From Gnetum montanum (taxonomy: Eukaryota; Plantae; Gnetophyta): DNA of 64,000 bases. The stretch lies in contig MNCI01000472.1 of assembly GCA_015680685.1 (NCBI GenBank), positions 615,863-679,862 of the forward strand, in the 5' to 3' direction. Under the pieces are notes generated by a model that saw only the letters and a program-made list of their open reading frames with translations, did not search any database and had not been told where the DNA came from. The position numbers were made by a program, and so were the translations under genes. This document shows, piece by piece, positions 54,701-63,620 of the stretch; the first letter of the stretch is position 1; every line of letters begins with the position of its first letter.

Positions 54701-57700
54701 AGAACTCTACAATTACAACACCACTATCAAAGCTAGCAATGAGGCAAACACAAACCAACAAATTCCCAATCCTAGGATCTATCACAAAGGAGACTATAGT
54801 GCTTTCTCCTAGTGAGCTAGGGGGTGCGGCCACCATGACCCCCTAATAGGTCAAAATGCAAGCAACCCTGAACCAAATGTAAATTCCACTCTAGAGAGCC
54901 CCACTAGTGTTGGTGTTGATATGTGTGGCATAACCCTAATGGTGTCAAAGCCTCCTTAGGCTACAGTGGAGACTCAAACCTTTACACCAACATTAGATCT
55001 AAGCATGGAAGACATAGACATAGAGTCAATAGACATCTTTCCTAACATTGACATGCATGTGGTTGATGCCCCCAAAAGCAAGGCAAACCATCATTGCAAC
55101 AAACTCATGTCAAGGAAGCATTGGAAGGAATAATGGCAAGTACACAAAGACCTTTGAAGTAATTCGCACACAACAAGAGAAATCCATTGAAAGGATGAAG
55201 CACATCTCATGGAATTGCAAGGACATGAGAAACCCCTACAAGAGATGATCCCTCCTCTCCCTGGCTCACGATTGGAGAGCCCAATTTATTTTGCTGTAAA
55301 AAACAAACCTGCTACCACAAGAGGAATCCCATGATTGGAGAGCCCCTTTCTTTGATTACACCATGTGAATTGACACCCCCTAACCTTCATATCCACTAGC
55401 TTGTGGGTGTTAGAAAATCCTAAAACGGTTGACCCCCCAAAGGGTCCGACATGTCCCCATTCAACTTTTCCCATGAATGGAGACATTGGTTGAAATCCTC
55501 CACCAAGATCCACTCCCTCCAATCAGCAATCATGGGTGCAGTACGCTCCAAGTCTAGCAAGTGTTCCTTCCATTATTGTGCCCCATAGAAGTTTGTAACC
55601 CACAAACCTTGTTGTTGCAGTTGTATACTAATACTCCACTAAGATTTATCGACCACCCCAAACGGCCACTTGGACAAGATGGTCAGACCTCTGGCCCTCC
55701 CCTGACATTGCACACCATGGGAGTGCCATCCTGGCCATCACAACCAATGAAATTCCTACTATTGAACTTTAGTCTCTTGCAAGCACACAACTTCGCAATG
55801 CTCCATAACCACCATTTCCAGAAGGCTACAACACTTTAAGAGGGTACCCTATCCCCTACAGTTCTATGAGGGCAGATCCCCCGAGGGGGGGCAGAGGAGG
55901 AGGGTTGCTGCCCCCCGCCATAGAGCCAGAATCACGCCTGAGTGCTTACCCTGACATTTGAGGCGGAGGGCCTCCTTAAAATAGAGGGGGAGGTTGACTT
56001 GACCACCCGTTTTGAGGCAACGGAGGAAGGTAAAGTGCAGGCCCTGCAGCTTGGACCCGTTGCGGGATTGGACGAAGAACCTGTCGACCAGGTCCACCTT
56101 GCGCGCCCAAAGGCGGGGGAGGGCAGATCTAGGCACTTGTCGGCTTTTTGTCCTGGGGATAGGCCCGTTGAAGAACAACTCTGCGTCCTGGAGGCCGTGG
56201 GTTGAAGGTAAGATGGTTTCCCCCACGATGGGGGCCCCCAGACAGCTGGCAATCGCTGCTTCCGTGACCCAGATTTCCCGCCCCCTGAAGAAGGTACGAT
56301 CGTTGACCCAGTTTGAAAAGAACGTATCATCTGCCAAATCTGGGTCCCCCACCAGTCGCTGCAGAGGAACGTCCCACCCACATTGAACCACCAACTGCCA
56401 AAGCTCCTGAATTCCTGAAATGCGGCGTAGTCTGGCTCGTACGTGGGCGTTTGCCCCATGGCGCTTTCAATTTCTTTCCATGCAAGAGACGCCTGCCAGA
56501 CCAGCCGCTGCAGAGGGGGACGCCGTTGTTGCCGAAAAATAAAATTATTTCGGGCTTTCCACGCAGTCCAAAGAAGTAGGGAGGCCCATGAATCGCCGGT
56601 CAAACGCCTCAGGGGGGGGGGCACTGCCGCCGCGCGCCACGCGTCGCACGTGCGGGGGCAGTCGCGCGCGAAGTGGGTGACAGTTTCTGCCGCACCCCCG
56701 CATGTCGGACACGTGTCCGTATCGAGCACCCCGCGCCGCCTCAATAAAGTTCTGACCGGCAGCGCGTCGTGCTACAACAGCCAAATAAAGAATTTTATTT
56801 TTTCTGGCAGCCTTCCTCTCCAGATCTACCGCCATGTGTCGCAGCGCGGGTATTTTTCCGCCATGATGGCTCTGGGCTCAGGGTGTGCCCAACCCGAGGC
56901 CTGCATGTCGCGCGCGTGTCTGGCCACCACCTGCCAAGACTTGGAGTCCCGCGCCGTCGCCTCCCAGCGGACATATTTATTNNNNNNNNNNNNNNNNNNN
57001 NNNNNNNNNNNNNNNNNNNNNNNNNNNNNNNNNNNNNNNNNNNNNNCCGCCACGAAACGCACGGTGGCCATGAGGATCCCAGCGGCCACCAGCAAACGCC
57101 CCTTGCGGCTCAGGAATCTGTTAGCCCAGTGGCTGGCCCTGCGCTTCATCTTTTCCAGCAGATGGCCCCACGCTGTTGACCTCCCCCACCGGAAAAGGGG
57201 GATGCCCAGGTATGTGTCGTTGGGAGTCCCTGGTTGAATTTCCAAGGTTTGCGTCACTCTCGTTTTGATCTGCTCATCCACGTTAACGAAATAGGCTCAT
57301 ATTTATGATTTGCATGATTTGGTACTAATTTGATGATCTATCTATAATTTGATGATGGTGATCAATTTTGAATGTTGAGTTTCTTTTAAGAGAAACGTCA
57401 AGAGTGTATTATAATACAAACTGTAAAATGTACATCAAAAAGAGATGGGGGAGAGATACCCCCAATACAATGCAACTAGAAAAAGATCTAAGGAGGAATC
57501 TCCCAATCAACATAAAGGAAATAAATGGACATTGACTCATTAAATAAGAAATGGATCCCAGCTCATGCCCATGATCCCCTACACAACTGACAAATTGCAA
57601 ACGCAGACCCTTAATAAAGTTACAAAAAAAGAAAACCATCACATGAAAAAAAAGTTACGACAAACACATCTAGGCATTAATTATTGGTGAAACTTATCCA

Positions 57701-60700
57701 CCACTTCCCACTCCTCTTTGGAGTTGAGAAAATCAATGACCTACTTGAAAGACTAATACTTTTTCTTCCATCTCTTCTTCTTTGTGTTTTTTATGCCCTT
57801 CACTTTGTCCGATGGCAGACAAAAGAAATTTGTCCAATAAAAGCCTAAACATCGTTGTACAAGATATAACAATTGATGTCCATCATGACACATGGACATT
57901 GTCTAAAGCTTAATCAATCCTTGACATTAGCTTCATGCTACTTCTTTAACACCGTAGCATTTCCTCCTACTCCTCTTGCTCAACCTCCTATCTTCTCTGC
58001 TCTTCCACCTCCACCTCCTGAGTTTTGCCTCTTCAACCTCTTGGATAAGCTCAACCCCAATCCAATTGCAAAGCTCATTTTCCAATATGGAGCAAAGATC
58101 CAAAACATTGACTCTTCAGTATAAACCCTCAACGTAGGATCCCACTATATTGTGTTTATAATATGCATGTGTGTCTAGTGTCAATTGGGGTCATGGGGAC
58201 ATGTACTTGGATTATTTTAATGATATTTTATGAGTATTATGACTATGCATGATATTATGATATTGTAATTCCATGACTATGCACATTGATCAAGTTGGAT
58301 GCCTAGTTTGATGCTGCGACTAGCAAGGTGAGTCACACCATGCCTGCAACAAGGTCACAGTGAATTTCTAATAATGTTATTTCTTCTAGTGCAAGTTATT
58401 GACAAACGTAGTGCCATTGCAATGAGTTCACAACCAAACTTGCGTTAGCTGCAACTAAGGTGCAAGTTGTATCATGGTCATGACAAGTTGACAAGCCAAA
58501 GCAAGGCATGGCCAAGTCATGGTCCCGTATAGATGACTAGTGTGAGTCGTGAGTCATGACCAGGGTCGCAATCTATGACAAAACTATGACTTTTAAAAGC
58601 TACATTTGGAATTTTGGATAGCAAATGATTGATATGTGAATGATGTCTTGTATGAGGCATGCAGGCGATTCCATAGGTGATGAATGTTGTGATTTTATGC
58701 AATAAGGATTTGTGGATTTGTTGTCATTTCGACATTTACACTTGTTACCTTCAGCACTGGTTACTTAGGGTCAATGATTAGTCCATTTGTGAGCTATGAT
58801 GGTTTTGTGTATTTTCTTCTGATTGTGCTTGATTATTGACTAACCCTTGTAGCACTTGTTGCTTAGGGTCAATGGTTGTCTGAATTGCTTATCAGATGAT
58901 TGGTTTATGACATGTTGTGGTATATGTATTATTCATATCTGACCAAAAAAAGGTTTTTACAAACGTGGGGGGGGGCGCCCCCCGAGACCGAACAAACAGC
59001 CACAGAAACCGAGGGGCACCCCCAGACAGCTGGCTATCGTCGCTTCTGTGACCCATATCTCACACCCCCGGAAGAAGGTACGATCGTTAACCCAGTTTGA
59101 GAAGAATGTGTCATCTACCAGGTCTGGGTCCCCTACCAGCCGTTGTAGCGGGTCGGCCCACCCGCATTGAACCACCAGCTACCAGAGCCCCTCGTCCTTC
59201 TAAAAGACGACGCAGTATGGCTCGAACGTGGGCATGGTTCCCATTGTTCTCTCGATTTCTTCCAAGGCGATAATGGCCTGCCAAACTAGTCGCTACGGAG
59301 GGGGGCGCCACTGCTACCGAAAAACAGTATTATTCCTCGCCTTCCACGCTACCCATAGAAGTAGCGTGGCCCAAGAGTCACCAGTGAGGTGCCTCGGGGG
59401 GGCGCCGCCGCCGCGCGCCACGTGTCGTGCATGCAGGGGCATTCGCGTGCGAAGTGCAGGGTGGTTTCAGCGGCAGCTCCGCATGTTGGACAAGTGTCAA
59501 TGTCCAGCAATCTGCTGCCGCAGCAAGGCCCAAACAGGCAACGCGTCGCACTCCATTAACCACAGAAAAATTTTAATTTTTTCTGGCAACCGCCCTTTCC
59601 AAATCCACCGCCAAACGTTACTGCGTGGGTATTTCGTAGACATGATGGCTCGTGGCTCAAGGTTCGCCCACCCCAAGGCTTGCATCTCATGCACATGCCG
59701 GGCTATCGCCTGCCACAGCTTGGAGTCCCACGCTGCCGCCTCCCAACAGATGTATTTATTGCTAGTCAAAAGAAGCATACAGCAAACGACACATGCAATA
59801 GGCATAAGTCAATGATCTTGCTTTGGACCATCCTAGAAAGAAGCAAAATTTTTAAAATATTCAAATAACTAAAAAACAAATCGGTTACAACAATGGTATA
59901 GATTCAGTGTTACTAGTATGGATTATCTATTATGATTTGGTGTATGGCATGTGAGTTACTAACCCTAATGCAGGTTGTAAGAGACTCCACATCTCACCTA
60001 TAGCACAACATCAAACTAAATCAGCAAGGGATGTGTAAAGGTTTCCACTCAATCTTTGTCGTAATCCCATTTATTTACAAGTGATGAAGCCAATAGCTTA
60101 GGAGTTGCAAGGACCGGAGGAAGGCAGTTGCGACCAAGGTTCAATGTTCTTGTTTATGCCAGTATATGTATTCTTGAGGGAGATGGGCATGTTAGTTGTT
60201 GGCTTTGGTTTTGATGCTCCATGAGCGTGATTTGTATATATTGCTTAGTATGCATGTTGTATGCATGTGATCATGTGTCAAATGTATTGACTGGCATCTC
60301 ATGATACTCAAACTTATAGATTATGTTAGTTAGATTTGTGATGTACTCCAGCTATTGTAGCTTTATATTTATAGCGGTAGTTGTTGAGGTTCTATGCTTC
60401 TTTGCTATTGTGATGGATGTGATTTTTTTTTTTTTTTTGGAGAAGTGGTTTATGAGCTTCAACTACATTGTTTAATCCATTTTTATGATGTGTTACGCAT
60501 TCCTTTAGTAGTAGATGTTAGAGTATGCTTTTCATCCAAGCTCAGCCTGGGGTTGGACAAGCAAGGTGTTACATTTAGCCTCCTATTGGGATTTCACTCC
60601 AGCTTCTTCCTCTTGAATTTGTTGTCATTTCTTGGCCTCCTATTTAAGACAAACCTTTGTATCCTCAATAGCTTGCAAAAATTCTACATCCAACTGCTAC

Positions 60701-62887
60701 TTCCGCCTGTGCTCAATCTTAGTGAGCTGCTAGTAAACTTCATGAGCCAATCTCTCATATGTTGCCTTCTACCAAGACTCCTACCACATTTTCTTCTTCT
60801 GTTCCAATTGCTCCTAGAACTCCACTTCCAAACCTGCTTTCAACTTCATCTTTAGGTAGTCCAAACATGAATCTTCCTCCCTAAGAGCCTCCACCCCAAT
60901 CATAGTAACACCTTTGGATTTCTCAATCCTTCGCATACAAACCACAGAAGGACCAACCTCCTCAAGATGGATGACAAGAATTTAAACAAGAGTAATATGG
61001 GGAAACCTAGGGTTTTATGGAAGAGCATTGTTTCTTTTGGTAGACTACGAAAGAGCAATCATCAAACCAAAATGCTTACCCATATGTCTTCTCTTCAACA
61101 CCGCTAGAATGAATTTCAAGAGGTTGACACACCTATGAAGCTGGAGGCATCGCATGAAAATGGAGTGTATCCCCTGCAACTTATAAGCATTCCCAAATGA
61201 AGAAAAAACCTCTCAATAAGCTTAGCAAATTGTTGCCAAAGCATAGCAAGTTTGAACCATGCCACCTGGCCACTAGAAGTCTATAGGACTTGTCCATGGT
61301 GAAAAAGTGTGGCATCATGATACTAAAATGTTTGGCAAAATCCCTTTTCTATAGGAACTACAAGAAGTAGGGGGGTAGGTTGATGGTCCACCCATACATT
61401 AGAACTCTCAAGAAACCAAAGTGTAGTCCTCTCCACTTCAAGGCATTACCTAATTGGACAAAATACCTCTTCATCAATTCTATCATAGACTGCCATGTAA
61501 AGGTTAGTCCAAATCGTAGGATTTGACCATTGGAGGTGCATTCATGTGGGTCTTCCAAGAAGTCTGCACTATATAGACCCTAACAAGAAATATTGAATTT
61601 CTCCACATAATCAGGGATTTACAGCAGCCCCACTATAGCGATTTTCAATAACCGAATATTGATGCCCTTGAATGTAGGTTTCTCCCTCCTGCACTTCCTG
61701 AAGAATTCAATCGTGTTGAGGTTCTTGTCCCCTTTCACCTTCAGCCGGGCCCATCCCAATAAATGTGCCACATAAGGTTTTAGAGCTTCAAGCTAGCACT
61801 GAATCAGTCTTTGTCTGGCTCCACAATTGGGGTAACCCCCATAGTGGCCTCCAAAAACTTAGAATCAGTCTAGGCAGCCACAACAACAAGGGATGGGTGT
61901 GGCACCAAAACTCTGGTAATCAACACCAAGTTTTTGGCCTTCCCAGCACGTCAAACAATCAAGGCCCGATGATCTTTGTAGCTGCTAAGAGATGGGATTG
62001 AAATACCAGCCATTGGCCACAGGATAGAATCCCAAGGGAACTCGATAAAAAGATGGTGTGTCACTCCACCACCCCACTACACATGAGGCAAGTGTCATCA
62101 GTGATAAGATGTCTCCCCCTCATCATGGCACTAATGAGGATCCTCTCCCTCCATGCCAACTATATCATTTATTAGTTGTTACATGTTAGTGGAAGTTTAG
62201 CCCTTATTATTAAAGTTGAAATAAATTATGGTGAATTTTTAGTGCTTGGTTGGATCCTACAATTTCTAACTCTTATTATACGTAAGACTGAAGCAAATTC
62301 TTTATTCTTTAAAATGATGTAACAATTATAGAAAACTACATTACAAATCACAGCATTTCATAAACAATTGTTCAAAAGGTTGAGTAACGTGCCAACTAGA
62401 AAAAGAGAAAGTTTAACGGTGATCATTGAAAACATCGTTGCAAGCGAAACCATCGTTGTCCATACAGCATAATTGTATTATATGAAAGGACAGCATTTGT
62501 AAAAAGTTATGAAACATCATATTATTTCAATACTAAATTCCTAGCAAGAATAAATTTATGCTTATAATCCATGCCTATAACCAAAAATATCGTTTAAGTT
62601 GATTTCATAGTGGGGGCCCCCAAAAAATAACATTACTATTCTCTGCAGCAAGAGACAATTATAGACCATATGTACCTCCAAAATTCCATCTGCTGATGGA
62701 TGGTGATATTGACTAACTCCAATAGCAACAAACTCATCTCTATAGCCAAAGTAAGTGTTAAGAGAAAATGATCAAAATGTAGTTTATGCCCAGTAGAGTC
62801 TTAAAGCATATTCATTCAGTAAAAGTTTGTTTTTACCTTTCCTCGCTTCTAAATCTGAGATTTGAACTAACAATCCAAAGGTCACCT
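17607..62887 (-). CDS. ZGRF1: ZGRF1-like Upf1/SF1 DNA helicase gene, 3' part (20 exons, about 868 aa visible, 5' end outside window)
   Basis: Manually spliced exons join in consistent phase with no stops. All SF1 motifs are intact: HGIFGSGKS, ISAATNVAVD, ILDECSQ, VGDPCQLPP, QYRCHP, STVDAFQGMEK, RLNVALTRAR. Pre-helicase segments (GDLWIVSSNL, EFVAIGVSQYHHPS, KYKLNSDQ, GKSYLLTVLV) follow the order I recall for human ZGRF1 rather than UPF1/SEN1. Confidence 0.88.
18305..18405 (-). CDS. ZGRF1: ZGRF1-like C-terminal exon (AASQAMEGD...CSSK)
   Basis: ttcctcAG/GTgatg; phase consistent. Confidence 0.7.
18572..18894 (-). CDS. ZGRF1: ZGRF1-like C-terminal exon (STGSYISMPK...EESSRQ)
   Basis: Open 107 codons, cAG/GTagaa; phase fits the previous exon. 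Confidence 0.72.
19590..19885 (-). mobile_element. tRNA-derived SINE (Au-like), one full copy plus a duplicated head
   Basis: A-box-like tgagtgatggtaagg and B-box gggttcaaacc on the minus strand, T-rich end; related copy at about 53170-53350. Confidence 0.6.
20350..21330 (-). mobile_element. Older J-domain LINE 3' fragment (copy B)
   Basis: Coiled coil, HEKNA.SWLQQGRCSYVIM..., LH(L)DR...KEEAFKDF, GT-rich 3' UTR, short A tail. Confidence 0.75.
21400..21421. repeat. (GA)n microsatellite
   Basis: About 11 GA units. Confidence 0.95.
21690..23050 (+). mobile_element. RTE-clade LINE, degenerate reverse transcriptase region
   Basis: VPIYKNKGEVQNC..YRRIKLINHTMKLWERVIE; NQFGFMPGRST; FIDLEKA.DRVPR; GLHQGSAL; AILYGVKCW; VTRRDKL.N..IRG. 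Confidence 0.92.
23124..23790 (+). mobile_element. Partial LTR related to elements 1 and 2, opposite orientation
   Basis: 23610-23785 is reverse-complement similar to 4740-4910. Confidence 0.6.
23800..24586 (+). mobile_element. Older J-domain LINE 3' fragment
   Basis: AHDSNAQQWLRMGRCPYIIM...RLH(L)DK...EE(Q)YKDF(Q)EVVAFM..HKAILD; family 3' end ttcctgaccttttctc(A)7. Confidence 0.85.
25017..25172 (-). CDS. ZGRF1: ZGRF1-like exon, motif VI (RLNVALTRARYHLVIIG)
   Basis: cAG/GTaaat. Confidence 0.92.
25377..26464 (+). mobile_element. J-domain LINE, 5'-truncated copy C with TSD
   Basis: TSD ACCTTTCATT at 25367-25376 and 26465-26474; A-rich tail; extra domain + coiled coil + start of J-domain (CPYLILGISCESSWGELR), then a deletion at a poly-C run. 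Confidence 0.88.
26495..26792 (+). mobile_element. Additional LINE 3' UTR ends of the same family
   Basis: gatgaccc...tgtatactc.tg.actataatttt..agtaat repeated; ends ctcctgaacattttctc(A)10. Confidence 0.75.
26841..27055 (-). CDS. ZGRF1: ZGRF1-like exon, motif V (QVSTVDAFQGMEKNIII)
   Basis: tAG/GTgagt. Confidence 0.92.
27162..27366 (-). CDS. ZGRF1: ZGRF1-like exon (ETDRPPLL...IGVIVFYKAQ)
   Basis: tAG/GTatgg; NxxEA and IGVIxxYxAQ motifs. Confidence 0.92.
27616..29284 (+). mobile_element. Degenerate LTR-like sequence
   Basis: TGTAATGCCC start, TATA-like ctataaatac at about 28650, ...TATCACA end; no TSD found. Confidence 0.35.
30670..31480. repeat. Unclassified dispersed repeat, copy 1
   Basis: Colinear with 39040-39724 + 40193-40320. 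Confidence 0.8.
32283..32510. repeat. Tandem duplication, period about 118 bp
   Basis: attccaagtttggt.ctaaatcttgtg... at 32283 and 32401. Confidence 0.85.
32710..35707 (+). mobile_element. L1-clade LINE: degenerate ORF1 + APE endonuclease, internal deletion, family 3' end
   Basis: ORF1 LIGKF...QWAQQAW...GGPW...PMWIR (DUF4283-like) and CSICKKPRH knuckle; ORF2 from 34114 LLSWSCKG..CL(Q)ETK, WILIGDFN, FTWSN, PFRFE.TWL, WLKEGDRN; ends cccgaacattactc(A)7. Confidence 0.85.
36674..36730 (-). CDS. ZGRF1: ZGRF1-like exon (LVAIPNEFFYGGKIINGC)
   Basis: ttttcAG/GT; NxxFYxG motif. Confidence 0.88.
36928..37002 (-). CDS. ZGRF1: ZGRF1-like exon (PLFVRLVEMGYEPIVLKTQYRCHP)
   Basis: cAG/GTatga; QYRCHP. Confidence 0.92.
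37080..37250 (-). CDS. ZGRF1: ZGRF1-like exon, motif III (LVAVGDPCQLPP...NDLR)
   Basis: tAG acceptor; ends at AG|GCAAGT (GC donor). Confidence 0.85.
37351..37427 (-). CDS. ZGRF1: ZGRF1-like exon, Walker B (ICILDECSQMPEPLSLLPI)
   Basis: tAG/GTacgt; DECSQ motif II. Confidence 0.92.
37605..37739 (-). CDS. ZGRF1: ZGRF1-like exon (EIEKEIK...VVGVTC...NKFQ)
   Basis: cAG/GT; VVGVTC motif. Confidence 0.88.
37824..37923 (-). CDS. ZGRF1: ZGRF1-like exon (FSVYTT...ANGRV)
   Basis: cAG/GTaacc; phase consistent. Confidence 0.8.
38040..38123 (-). CDS. ZGRF1: ZGRF1-like exon (ILAGLLELGFTDFIRVGSSKRIAEKVL)
   Basis: cAG/GTaagt; FIRVGS motif. Confidence 0.9.
38385..39022 (+). mobile_element. Older J-domain LINE 3' fragment
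   Basis: HEANARHWFRVGKCPC...LHP(N)K...AREKQF; GT-rich UTR and a degraded A tail. Confidence 0.75.
39040..40320. repeat. Unclassified dispersed repeat, copy 2 (interrupted by a LINE)
   Basis: Colinear with 30670-31480 on both sides of the LINE insertion. Confidence 0.8.
39725..40180 (-). mobile_element. Young 5'-truncated J-domain LINE with long poly(A) and 12-bp TSD
   Basis: TSD TGTAGGCCGTAT at 39713-39724 and 40181-40192; more than 45 T on the plus strand; encodes MQGIQQVASFMDTEEHRNTLDLLHELVRPDCACRQFPTNP*. Confidence 0.92.
40732..40793 (-). CDS. ZGRF1: ZGRF1-like exon, motif Ia (RVLISAATNVAVD)
   Basis: cAG/GT boundaries; motif Ia. Confidence 0.9.
40888..40934 (-). CDS. ZGRF1: ZGRF1-like exon (SYLLTVLVIYLTRVVE)
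   Basis: cAG/GTatat; completes GKS. Confidence 0.85.
41044..41161 (-). CDS. ZGRF1: ZGRF1-like exon carrying Walker A (VHGIFGSGK)
   Basis: tAG/GTatgc; an alternative in-frame acceptor 6 nt downstream (start 41155) is possible. Confidence 0.85.
41253..41391 (-). CDS. ZGRF1: ZGRF1-like exon (EMNSEETPLL...KYKLNSDQ)
   Basis: ttttttcAG/GTattt; Q-motif LNxxQ. Confidence 0.85.
42312..42953 (-). repeat. 3' LTR of element 2 (shortened at an n)
   Basis: Direct repeat of 51547-52450. Confidence 0.9.
43140..45930 (-). pseudogene. Degenerate extra (env-like / plant transposon protein) ORF of element 2
   Basis: RETYQFWHNKKEGTTVNIGGVLVSFSIKAIAEALNIPNEG, then a Glu/Gln low-complexity stretch (44880-44975) and coiled coil; lies before the 3' LTR. 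Confidence 0.65.
48380..51410 (-). pseudogene. Degenerate gag-protease of element 2
   Basis: FDDGYNADPQHHLQAFHDAC..KLKLL..SIRHW (gag); YLVDFLVIDV..FPIVMGRAWLSTIDAKL (retropepsin C-terminus). Confidence 0.85.
51547..52450 (-). repeat. 5' LTR of element 2
   Basis: TG...CA termini; PBS adjacent. Confidence 0.93.
52676..52779 (-). CDS. ZGRF1: ZGRF1-like exon (VTFLEGKPP...EVAMLNIL)
   Basis: cAG/GTaaat boundaries, 104 bp, phase consistent. Confidence 0.8.
52888..53040 (-). mobile_element. RTE-clade LINE 3' end
   Basis: (CAT)n followed by ctagctttatcccaactacatg. Confidence 0.65.
53170..53350 (-). mobile_element. tRNA-derived SINE copy
   Basis: Similar to 19590-19760. Confidence 0.5.
53780..55285 (+). 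mobile_element. Degenerate L1 ORF1 and ORF2 start
   Basis: FTLIGKFIPTSPRPRIDWI.DWASTKW (compare 33060); MKHISWNCK at 55195. Confidence 0.75.
55290..55865 (-). mobile_element. L1 endonuclease fragment, inverted
   Basis: (W)NCRG...CEVVCLQETK; LVDMKVRGCQFTWCNQRKG. Confidence 0.8.
55866..57290 (-). mobile_element. Young GC-rich J-LINE-family fragment, copy D: ORF2 C-terminus, zf-RVT, extra domain
   Basis: YLGIPL...KMKRRASHWANRFLSRKGRL; PEKIKFFIWLL; CPTCGGAAETVTHFARDC; AWKARNNFIF; QCGW...GQVNLPLYF. Confidence 0.9.
58950..59770 (-). mobile_element. J-LINE-family fragment, copy E: zf-RVT + start of extra domain, deleted to 3' UTR
   Basis: WRWIWKGRLPEKIKIFLWLM; QCGWADPLQRLVGDPDL. Confidence 0.88.
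60575..62150 (-). mobile_element. Old diverged relative of the J-LINE family
   Basis: WQSMIELMKRYFVQLGNALKWRGLHFGFLRVLMYGWTINLPPYF aligns with the extra domain; coiled coil downstream is cut by an LTR-like TGTAACACC at 60573. Confidence 0.7.
62676..62739 (-). CDS. ZGRF1: ZGRF1-like exon (DEFVAIGVSQYHHPSADGILE)
   Basis: tAG/GTac boundaries; phase matches both neighbours. Confidence 0.8.
62837..62887 (-). CDS. ZGRF1: ZGRF1-like exon (GDLWIVSSNLRFRSEE)
   Basis: ctcAG acceptor and GTaaaa donor; resembles ZGRF1 NDLWVVS. Confidence 0.75.
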
Positions 62888-63439
62888 CTGAGATGGGAAA
62901 GTAAACAAGTTCAGTATTCTTTTTGTGCTTCAGATTATTACATGTTAAAATAATGAAGTGGAATCTTACATAACTAAGCAAGCAAATAAGCAATCACATA
63001 ATATGCAATATTGAATTATTGCATGAAACGCCTCAAAAGGAATTAGAATGCTATAACAATTTTCACCAGTACAGCGAAAAGAATAAGATAAATAATGAAT
63101 CCAAAGATCAGAATCTTTCACATGCAAAAAATCTAAATGAATTTTTCACAATTTTATGTCTGGAGAAATAAAATTTTATTTGTATTTTAATTTAACAGGT
63201 TAATATTTAGAAAACAGAATGTTATTAGCACAGATATGAAAACACTAATATATTGGATAACAAACCCGCACATTATCAATTGAGCTATCACAACATTGTC
63301 ATACAATTAATGGCATTTATGAGATATGTCAGGACACTTGTTCTATTCTTTTGTATGGGTTGTAAACCAATACATTAGAAGGGCTTGGTGAAGGGATTTC
63401 AATTATCATTGTTTGTTCATTGCAGCATTAGCTTTTTAG

Positions 63440-63620
63440 GGCTAAAAGTACGAGCTGTAAAGGTACTTGGTGCAATTTACATTTGGATAGCCAAAGGATC
63501 TTTAATTGAATGAAATCTTAGTTTGAAAATACAGATCAAAGAGCCTATACTTATTTGCTATTGTTATGGATGAATTAACAAATGAAATGCATAATGAAAT
63601 CCCTTAATGTATGCTGACTT
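63440..63620 (+). mobile_element. RTE RT fragment
   Basis: PYLFAIVMDELTNEMHNEIP, similar to 22595-22660. Confidence 0.6.

Noticed and set aside
62784-62993. 69-aa ORF as a helicase exon
   Set aside because: Wrong frame; the ZGRF1-like exon is 62837-62887 in another frame.
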